Positions 16,960-23,421 of a DNA stretch of 23,421 nucleotides are shown piece by piece. A program made the translations under genes and the position numbers. The notes beneath the pieces are model-generated. The model searched no databases. It saw only the letters and a list, made by a program, of their open reading frames with translations, and was not told where the DNA came from. Position 1 is the first letter of the stretch; each line of letters opens with the position of its first letter. The stretch comes from Candidatus Hydrogenedentota bacterium (GTDB lineage: Bacteria > Hydrogenedentota > Hydrogenedentia > Hydrogenedentales > SLHB01): NCBI GenBank assembly GCA_034408725.1, contig JAWXCN010000162.1:1-23421 (forward strand), written 5' to 3'.

Positions 16960-19119
16960 TTATCGGATTACTGGCAACCGTGCTGGTAATTCAACTAATG
17001 ACTTGCCCGTCGCCTGCGCCAGCGCATTCGCAACCGCAGGCGCTATTCCGATAATCGGCGTTTCTCCAGCGCCAACGGACGGCAGATCCGGCCGGTTCAC
17101 CACCACGGTCTCTATCGGCGGCACATCCACGAAACGGGGCACTTCGTAATCCTTAAACCGCGGGTTGAGGATTTTACCGTCTTTGAACTTCATTTCCTCA
17201 TGAAGCACCGCGCCAAGACCCATGACCACGCCGCCCTCCACCTGCGCCTGGAGGTTTTGCGGGTTGTGGATTGCGCCGCATTCGAATGCGACGCACACGC
17301 GCGTAATAGTGTAAGACTTCTCAGCGGGATCGATAGCGACTTCGGCGGCGGTGGCGACAAACGAGCCTTTCTCCGTGCCGCATGCGATGCCGTAGCCGGT
17401 GTTTGCGGCGGGCGCACTGCGCTTCGCAGCGAACTCGAACTTTTGCGCGGCGGCCTCGAGCACGGCTTTCAACCGCGGCTCTTCGAGATATTGCAAACGA
17501 AACGCGACCGGGTCCGCCCCCGCCTTCGCCGCAAGCTGATCGATGAACGCCTCGCGTGCAAAATTGTTGAAAGTCGATGCCAGCGCGCGATACGAGCCTT
17601 GGCGCAACGGCGAATCGCAGTTGCGGAACCGCGTGCGCACATTGGTGAAGGCATACGGACAATCAATGCCTGAGCCGCCTGAGTTGTAGTTGGTAAAATC
17701 CCATGCGACGACCTTGCCGGCATCGTCGAGCGCTGCCTCGATTTCGACCACGCCAGCGGGCCGGAAGTATGCCCACGTGAATTCCTCTTCGCGGGTCCAA
17801 TGGACGGCGACTGGTCGCTTCGCGGATTGCGCAATGCGCGCGCCTTCGACCGCCGCGTCGCCACTGTGCTTACCTCCGAATCCGCCGCCGGTATCGGGAA
17901 CAATCAGTCGCACCTTCGATTCCGGTATGCCGAGCGCTTCTGCGACTTCGCCGCGCACGTCGAAAGGGCGTTGCGTGCCGGTCCAGACGGTGAGCGAATC
18001 GCCCTCGAATTCGGCAACTGCCGCGCGCGGTTCCATCGGTGCGTGTTGTATGTAGGGAATGCGGTACTCCGCGCGCACGACGTTTTTCGATGCGGCAAGC
18101 GCGGCGTCAACATCGCCAGACACCTGCTCGCGCGATCGCTGCCGGCCAGTGCCTTCGCGCACATTTTGTTTGAGGTAGTCGTGCAACTCATCGCTCGAAG
18201 GATGCGGCTTCGTAGTCCATTTCGCGGACGAAGCGAGGGCCGTGATGCCCTTGTGCGCCTGCGCGCTCGTCGGCGCGGCGCAGGCCACAAACGAGCCGTC
18301 GCGCACGACCACAACGCCTTCGATGGCCTCGGCAGCGTTGCTATCGACATCGACCAGTTCCGCGTTATACGCGGGCGCGCGCAGCACTTTGCCGTAAAGC
18401 ATGCCGGGGCGCTTGATATCCGACGTGTACTGATGCGCCCCGGTAACCACGTTGCGGCCATTGACCGGCGCGGCGGTCTTGCCGAGCACCGTCCAATCCG
18501 CGGGCACACTCAATTCCGCGCCTTCGGTCGAACCCTCGCGAAAGGCCTTGGTCACCGCGTCGCCGCTGGATGCAAGTTCCGCAAGCGTGATCTTTTTCCC
18601 GGTGGAATGGGTAATTGTCCCGTCCGTCATCGACGCGCCGTCGACTGGGGCGTTCCACCCGGAGCACGCGAGCTCGATCAACAATTCCCGCGCCGCGGCG
18701 GCCGCCTGTCGCATGAGAGGGACGGTGCGCGGCGTGGTTTGGCTGCCATAGGTGCCGCCATCATTGGGCACAAGGCTGGTATCCGCCATCACGAGATCAA
18801 TCTGCGACACCGGCACGTTCAACTCTTCGGCCGCGGCTTGTGTAAGCTGGGTGCGCGACCCTTGCCCCACTTCCACCTTGCCGGTGAACGCCGTAACGCG
18901 CCCATTCTTATCGATATGAAAGCGTCCGCCAATCGCGCGCGCGCCGTTGTCATCGTCACCGCGTTGCTGTCCGAATGCGGAAAGATCGACAAAACCGGTA
19001 ATCAGTATGCCCGCACCGACGCTTTGCACGAATGCGCGGCGGGAAAGACTGAACCGGTATCGCGGCGGCTCGGTGAACTCGTAGCGTTCCGGCTCTACGT
19101 CCTGGTATTCGTATTTCAT
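16960..19119 (-). CDS. iorB: Xanthine dehydrogenase-family molybdopterin-binding subunit (isoquinoline 1-oxidoreductase beta-like)
   Basis: ATG 19119 overlaps the upstream TGA (ATGA); SRRAFVQ Tat-like motif; GKVEVGQGSRTQLTQAAAEEL; GGTYGS; HAPMEP; GGGFGGK; QVEGGVVMGLG; GAGETPII (catalytic Glu). Substrate unknown; the symbol denotes family only. Confidence 0.87.
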   Translation of the reverse strand: MKYEYQDVEPERYEFTEPPRYRFSLSRRAFVQSVGAGILITGFVDLSAFGQQRGDDDNGARAIGGRFHIDKNGRVTAFTGKVEVGQGSRTQLTQAAAEELNVPVSQIDLVMADTSLVPNDGGTYGSQTTPRTVPLMRQAAAAARELLIELACSGWNAPVDGASMTDGTITHSTGKKITLAELASSGDAVTKAFREGSTEGAELSVPADWTVLGKTAAPVNGRNVVTGAHQYTSDIKRPGMLYGKVLRAPAYNAELVDVDSNAAEAIEGVVVVRDGSFVACAAPTSAQAHKGITALASSAKWTTKPHPSSDELHDYLKQNVREGTGRQRSREQVSGDVDAALAASKNVVRAEYRIPYIQHAPMEPRAAVAEFEGDSLTVWTGTQRPFDVRGEVAEALGIPESKVRLIVPDTGGGFGGKHSGDAAVEGARIAQSAKRPVAVHWTREEEFTWAYFRPAGVVEIEAALDDAGKVVAWDFTNYNSGGSGIDCPYAFTNVRTRFRNCDSPLRQGSYRALASTFNNFAREAFIDQLAAKAGADPVAFRLQYLEEPRLKAVLEAAAQKFEFAAKRSAPAANTGYGIACGTEKGSFVATAAEVAIDPAEKSYTITRVCVAFECGAIHNPQNLQAQVEGGVVMGLGAVLHEEMKFKDGKILNPRFKDYEVPRFVDVPPIETVVVNRPDLPSVGAGETPIIGIAPAVANALAQATGKSLVELPARLPVIR

Positions 19120-19586
19120 TTCGCCGCTCCCTGCCCCGCTGCGCGCTCGATCGCGCGGACGATATTCGGGTAATTGCAGCATCGACAAATGTTGCCGTTC
19201 ATGAACTCATTGATCTGCGCGGCGGTAGGCTTCGGATTCGCTTGCAGCAATGCCACCGCGGTGAGCACCATTCCCGGCACGCAATAGCCACATTGCATAG
19301 CGCCTTCGGCGATAAACGCTTCCTGCACGGGATGAAGTTTCTCGCCTTCGGCAATGCCTTCAATGGTGATGATTTCTTTGCCGTTAGCTTTTGCGATCGG
19401 CGTTTGACAGGTGGTAACGGGCCGGCCATCCATGAGCACCACGCACGAACGGCAACTGCCTTCGCCGCAGCCATACTTGGCCCCGGTAGAGTCCAGATCC
19501 TCCCGCAAGACTTCGAGCAAAGTGCGGCCCGGATCAGTCGTGACGGATTTGCTTTCCCGATTCAGGGTAAAAACGACGGTTTCCAT
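19116..19586 (-). CDS. iorA: (2Fe-2S)-binding small subunit of the molybdoenzyme (IorA/CoxS-like)
   Basis: GAKYGCGEGSCRSCVV...TTC and QCGYCVPG...NICRCCNY supply two [2Fe-2S] ligand sets. Start ATG 19586 (METVVFTLN) follows GAGGG. Confidence 0.9.
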   Translation of the reverse strand: METVVFTLNRESKSVTTDPGRTLLEVLREDLDSTGAKYGCGEGSCRSCVVLMDGRPVTTCQTPIAKANGKEIITIEGIAEGEKLHPVQEAFIAEGAMQCGYCVPGMVLTAVALLQANPKPTAAQINEFMNGNICRCCNYPNIVRAIERAAGQGAAK

Positions 19587-19646
19587 TGAGCAGCCCTCGC
19601 ATCGTTTATTGCACGCTAGCCGCCAGTATAGGCCAATGATTCCCGA

Positions 19647-19918
19647 CGTCCAATATCCGCGCGGCGCGCCTTGGACGTCGCTCCGCAATTAAGCGCGATT
19701 GTCCTGCTTTCAGTTCGCGTGTACCTGATGCCGCGAATTTATTGAGGTAATCGATTACCCCGAAGTGAAAGCGGCGCTGACACGCCGCAGTCCAAAGCGC
19801 TTCGCGCGGCCAATAGTCGTCCAATATCCGCGCGGAGCGCCTTGGACTGCGGCTGCGGGTAGCTACCGCTTTCCATTTCCTGGGCAACGTCGCTCCGCAA
19901 TTAAGCGCGATTGCCCTG
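19647..19918. repeat. Composite repeat: 60-bp direct repeat plus inverted REP doublet
   Basis: 19647-19706 is repeated at 19818-19918 with 41 extra bp (19848-19888). 19768-19809 is an imperfect inverted copy of 19828-19872. Confidence 0.85.
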
Positions 19919-19922
19919 GTGG

Positions 19923-20669
19923 CTACATCCCCAACCCGCCGTCGACCTGCAATACGGCGCCGGTGATGTACGACGCGCCGCCGGAGGCGAGGAAGCGGGT
20001 GGCGGCGGCGATGTCGTCGCCCGTGCCGACACGGTTGAGCGGAATTTTTTTCAACAGTTCGTCGCGGATGGCATCGGTGATAAAAGCCGTCATGTCGGTG
20101 TCTATGTATCCTGGCGCGATGACGTTGACGGTGATACCGCGCGAGGCGAGTTCCTGCGCGAGGGCTTTCGTAAATCCGATAAGTCCGGCCTTCGCGGCGG
20201 CGTAGTTGGTCTGCCCACCCTGGCCGCGGATGCCAATGATCGAAGAAATGTTGATGATGCGGCCCGCGCGCTGCCTGAGCATGTCGCGCGTGACGGCGCG
20301 GCAGACGTTGAATGCGCCGGTGAGATTGGTGTCGACAACCGCGGACCAGTCCTCGCTTTTCATGCGCATCAGGAGCCCGTCGCGAGTGATGCCCGCATTG
20401 TTCACGAGCACGTAGACTGGACCAAAGGCTTCGTTCACCGATTTCACCATAGAGTCCACGGCCTTCGGATCAGAAATATCGCAGCCGAACCCGCGCACGT
20501 CGCCGTTGGCTTCGGCGGCAATCTCTTCCGCCGCAACGGTTGCCGTTTCATTATTCCGGCCGCAGATCGCAACCTTGGCGCCCTCGCGCGCGAACATCAC
20601 CGCGCAGGCGCGGCCAATGCCGCGCGTGCCGCCGGTGATAAGTACGGTCTTCTCTGAAAATTCTCTCAT
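19923..20669 (-). CDS. fabG: 3-oxoacyl-[acyl-carrier-protein] reductase
   Basis: TGGTRGIG, VNNAGITRDGLLMRMK, GQTNYAAAKAG, NVIAPGYIDTDMT and VDGGLGM; located downstream of plsX. Confidence 0.96.
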   Translation of the reverse strand: MREFSEKTVLITGGTRGIGRACAVMFAREGAKVAICGRNNETATVAAEEIAAEANGDVRGFGCDISDPKAVDSMVKSVNEAFGPVYVLVNNAGITRDGLLMRMKSEDWSAVVDTNLTGAFNVCRAVTRDMLRQRAGRIINISSIIGIRGQGGQTNYAAAKAGLIGFTKALAQELASRGITVNVIAPGYIDTDMTAFITDAIRDELLKKIPLNRVGTGDDIAAATRFLASGGASYITGAVLQVDGGLGM

Positions 20670-20703
20670 GGATTACCTTATTCTTTCGGAAAGCTGACTA
20701 TTC

Positions 20704-21063
20704 TTATTCCTGATCGAGTATCCGGCCAACGCGGGAGAACACTTTCTCAAGTACCGGCTTCCGAACGGTAGCACGGTGCTTGATAATTATACCTTTGCTC
20801 AATGTATATACGTTCCCCGGTCTGATGTAGCTTTTGATGGGAAGAATTCCAGATGCAAGCGATTGGTTCTCGATTGGAATGCCGCCGGACGTAGCTGGGT
20901 TCGATTTAATGGCAGCAACTATCACGTCTCGCGATCGACGATTGTACGGCGTGCCCGACAACACAACGACAGGACGACGCTTTACTGAACTAAGATCAGT
21001 AAATGGCACGGGGACCAGGACGATATCGCCTTGTTCAAATATCGTTCCAGATTTTGTCGTCAA
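20704..21063 (-). CDS. PemK/MazF-family type II toxin (endoribonuclease fold)
   Basis: Likely TTG start at 21063: MTTKSGTIFEQGDIVLVPVPFTDLSSVKRRPVVVLSGTPYN...VIVAAIKS. Overlaps the upstream antitoxin by 29 bp. Confidence 0.88.
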   Translation of the reverse strand: MTTKSGTIFEQGDIVLVPVPFTDLSSVKRRPVVVLSGTPYNRRSRDVIVAAIKSNPATSGGIPIENQSLASGILPIKSYIRPGNVYTLSKGIIIKHRATVRKPVLEKVFSRVGRILDQE

Positions 21064-21241
21064 GCGCGTTGTCCCAAAAGTCCAAGTTGCCGGCTGAGGC
21101 TGCGACAAGATCATGATCTTCTGAAGTCTCGTCCGAAATGAGAACAATCACTTCGACGACGCTGCCTTTTTTAAGTCGCGTCCGGGGAAGTACCAGATTT
21201 CCCTTCGAATCCACTTTTGCAGTGTATTTTATCGCTTTCAT
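21035..21241 (-). CDS. Putative antitoxin (AbrB-like N-terminus, acidic C-terminal tail)
   Basis: 68 aa; 'AKVDSKGNLVLP...KKGSVVEVIV' fits a swapped-hairpin pattern; tail DFWDNALDDKIWNDI; directly upstream of and overlapping the toxin. Confidence 0.75.
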   Translation of the reverse strand: MKAIKYTAKVDSKGNLVLPRTRLKKGSVVEVIVLISDETSEDHDLVAASAGNLDFWDNALDDKIWNDI

Positions 21242-21295
21242 TTGATGAGCTGCCTCGGCTGATTCCAGGCCATGTCGAGTTGACCATAGAGGTGC

Positions 21296-21324
21296 ATTAT
21301 ATGGAATAAGAGCTTCTAACTAAA
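21296..21324 (-). promoter_or_regulatory. Possible internal promoter of the TA pair
   Basis: Perfect TATAAT (21301-21296) with a weak -35 TTTAGT (21324-21319) at 17 bp spacing. Confidence 0.35.
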
Positions 21325-21379
21325 GCGCTGCAAAACTTCCCCCAGGGTGGTGCCGCGTGAACAATGTGGATCGGTCACG

Positions 21380-22432
21380 TTACCCGGTGTGGTCTGTATT
21401 TACTTTCGTCTCAGTAACCACATCCCCGAATTGTTCTTCCGTGCGCCGAATTTCGGCGATGCCTTCGCGGATATGTTTGTTAATGTCGTGGCTGACGGCG
21501 GCGCGGGCGACGTTGATCCCGTTCATGACGCCTTTGGCGTTGGTGGAACCGTGCATTATGATCACGACGCCGTTGGCGCCGAGGAGCGGCGCGCCGCCGT
21601 ATTCATTAGGATCGATAGTTTGTTTGAGTCGCGTAAAAACGCGGCGACTGAGCATTGCGCCGAGCATGGTGAGATAGCTCGATTTGAATTCGCGCGTAAG
21701 CATGTTCTTCACAAACGAGCCCGCGGCTTCACTGGTTTTCAAAAAAATATTGCCAACAAACCCGTCGCACACAATGACTTCAGCGTCGCCCCGGTATATC
21801 GCCTTGGGCTCGATGTTGCCAATAAAATTGATGTGTGGCGCAGCGGAGAGAATCTTATGCACAACCTTCGCGATCTCGCCGCCTTTGACCTGCTCCTCGC
21901 CGATATTGAGCAGTCCGACGCGGGAAGCTTTTTTGCCAAGCACATCGCGCGAATAGACCACGCCCATTTCCGCGAAATCACAAAGCGTGCGGGCATCGCA
22001 ATCGATATTCGCACCGAGATCGAGGACAAGGCTGGTGCCAGTTGCGGTGGGCATGAGCTGGCAGATGGGCATGCGGGAAACGCCTTTGATCTGCATGAGA
22101 ATGATGCGCGCGGCGAGCATGACCGCGCCGGTATTGCCAGCGCTGGCTACGGCATCCGCCTGGCCCTGTTTGACCAGCCGCATGGCCACGAGCATCGAAG
22201 CGTCTTTTTTCTTGCGCACGGCGACCATCGGGGTGTCAGTCATGGAGATGACCTCGGTCGCGTTGACAATGGATACGTTCGGACGCGCGCGTTTGCCGAT
22301 GGCTTTTTTCAATGCCTCCTCGGGTCCAACAAGAATCAACTCAAGGCCGGGCGTGGCGCTGGACTTGAGCGCGCCTTCCACTTCAGGCATGGGGGCGTTG
22401 TCTGACCCCATCGCGTCAATGGCAATGCGCAT
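21380..22432 (-). CDS. plsX: Phosphate acyltransferase PlsX
   Basis: MRIAIDAMGSDNAP, VRKKKDASM, SAGNTGA, LDLGANID, GLLNIGEEQVKG, VCDGFVGNIFLKTSE, YGGAPLLG and HGS. Confidence 0.98.
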   Translation of the reverse strand: MRIAIDAMGSDNAPMPEVEGALKSSATPGLELILVGPEEALKKAIGKRARPNVSIVNATEVISMTDTPMVAVRKKKDASMLVAMRLVKQGQADAVASAGNTGAVMLAARIILMQIKGVSRMPICQLMPTATGTSLVLDLGANIDCDARTLCDFAEMGVVYSRDVLGKKASRVGLLNIGEEQVKGGEIAKVVHKILSAAPHINFIGNIEPKAIYRGDAEVIVCDGFVGNIFLKTSEAAGSFVKNMLTREFKSSYLTMLGAMLSRRVFTRLKQTIDPNEYGGAPLLGANGVVIIMHGSTNAKGVMNGINVARAAVSHDINKHIREGIAEIRRTEEQFGDVVTETKVNTDHTG

Positions 22433-22461
22433 CAAAGGACCCCCGCCCGCATTGAGGCGCG

Positions 22462-22644
22462 TTACGCGTTGTCAGCAGGGACGACGAGGCGTTCCTTGTA
22501 GTGGCCGCATTTCGGGCATACGCGGTGGGGCATGATTTTTTCGCCGCAGCTCGCGCAGTCCGAGAAAATCCGCTTGGTGAGCGCGAAATGCGAACGGCGA
22601 TGGTTGCGGTGGGCTTTGCCCGAACGTCTCTTTGGTACTGGCAC
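22462..22644 (-). CDS. rpmF: 50S ribosomal protein L32 (four-Cys zinc-ribbon form)
   Basis: MPVPKRR...RRSH...CASCGE..MPHRVCPKCGHYK; located between yceD and plsX. Confidence 0.97.
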   Translation of the reverse strand: MPVPKRRSGKAHRNHRRSHFALTKRIFSDCASCGEKIMPHRVCPKCGHYKERLVVPADNA

Positions 22645-22646
22645 AG

Positions 22647-23240
22647 CTAATCCTCCAGTGGACCCGGCTTGAGCTTGGGAAGCAATTCCTTCAAGCCGGC
22701 CAATCCTTTATTCAACAACATGTCTTCTTCGGGCGCTACCACGCACCCGCAGTTCGTGCGGTTCAGGTTTGCTCCACACTTTGGGCACAAGCCCGCGCAA
22801 TCTTCCTCGCACAAAACCTTCGCAGGCACAGCCAACATTACTTCCTCCCACACCGTGGGAAGCAGATCTATGGTCTGCCCGTCAAACGGGATGACCGTAT
22901 CATCCTCGATTTCGTCGCCGAAATCATCGTCCGAATCAACTTCCTCGTCAGCGTCTGCGCGGGATTCGGGCGCGCCTTCGACGAAGGTCCATGTCACTTC
23001 CGATTCAAATTCCTGAACGGTGTCTTCCAGGCACCGGTCACAGGGCGCGGTAATTGTTCCCGTCACTGCGCCGAAAAAAATATACTCGTGTCCACTCGGC
23101 GAGAGTGTGCCCTTGACGGTCACCGGTCCTACCGGAAATTCCGCGACGCCCTCAGGCCTAAGCTGATCGCCTGGGACGGTCGTATCGATCTTTAGGCCGT
23201 GGTCTTCAACCGACACAAGGGGAACTTGTAGCGTATTCAC
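22647..23240 (-). CDS. yceD: YceD/DUF177 family protein
   Basis: PCDRCLE and LCEEDCAGLCPKCGANLN..CGC motifs; canonical position upstream of rpmF; GGAGG SD. Confidence 0.93.
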   Translation of the reverse strand: MNTLQVPLVSVEDHGLKIDTTVPGDQLRPEGVAEFPVGPVTVKGTLSPSGHEYIFFGAVTGTITAPCDRCLEDTVQEFESEVTWTFVEGAPESRADADEEVDSDDDFGDEIEDDTVIPFDGQTIDLLPTVWEEVMLAVPAKVLCEEDCAGLCPKCGANLNRTNCGCVVAPEEDMLLNKGLAGLKELLPKLKPGPLED

Positions 23241-23271
23241 GCGGCATCCTCCCCACCAAACGTATTGGGAT

Positions 23272-23301
23272 AGGATAGCAAACGGCGGAGGATTGGGTCA
23301 A
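23272..23301 (-). promoter_or_regulatory. Putative sigma70 promoter of the yceD-rpmF-plsX operon
   Basis: Minus strand TTGACC (23301-23296), 18 bp spacer, TGcTATCCT (extended -10, hexamer 23277-23272). Confidence 0.45.
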
Positions 23302-23392
23302 ATATTGAGTCTATGTGGTTGGAACACCTCTTAATCCGTCTTCCAAAGGGACTTGAAGAAGGTTGTCGTTTTGCTACCAGTTCTAAATTCAC

Positions 23393-23421
23393 ATCCCCCT
23401 AAATCCCCCTTCAAAGGGGGA
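23393..23421. repeat. REP-like element ATCCCCCTAAATCCCCCTTCAAAGGGGGA (truncated by window edge)
   Basis: ATCCCCCT twice in tandem plus hairpin TCCCCCTT/AAGGGGGA. A degenerate copy CTCTTAATCCGTCTTCCAAAGGGACTT lies at about 23328-23354. Confidence 0.55.

Noticed and set aside
16931-16960. Plus-strand TTGACA as an antisense promoter into the molybdoenzyme gene
   Set aside because: No credible -10 hexamer at 16-18 bp spacing.
17800-22405. Long antisense ORFs (17800-19173, 19911-20657, 21347-22405; likewise 2010-2921, 9728-10540, 11944-12906)
   Set aside because: These are shadow ORFs opposite well-supported genes, expected with GC-rich codon usage, and show no recognisable motifs.

Overview
GC-rich bacterial chromosomal segment. 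It is probably from Candidatus Hydrogenedentes or a related PVC-like lineage, inferred from two DUF1559 pilin-like paralogs carrying the '[17 protein letters not shown]...FNHxPGG' signature. Gene order, left to right: partial YfhO-like membrane protein; DUF1559 prepilin-type protein; DUF1573 Ig-like protein; thioredoxin-fold protein; secreted beta-repeat protein; second DUF1559 protein; a minus-strand run transcribed as Tat-lipoprotein sugar-binding protein, ypdA-like reductase, SDR, recO, lepA, lepB; secreted GH141-like beta-helix enzyme; AT-richer Fic gene; iorAB-like molybdoenzyme; and yceD-rpmF-plsX-[PemK/MazF TA pair]-fabG. Most notable: (1) LepB is a tandem two-domain signal peptidase whose second domain has lost both catalytic residues. 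(2) Most large intergenic gaps carry a different short tandem or inverted repeat family, including a nested palindromic cassette at 11487-11797. (3) The fic promoter is near-consensus and bracketed by two 7-7-7 palindromic operators. (4) A TA module sits where fabH/fabD usually lie, and its toxin has Lys at the catalytic Thr position. No rRNA, tRNA, CRISPR array or transposase was recognised. All family assignments come from motif recognition by eye, not database searches.
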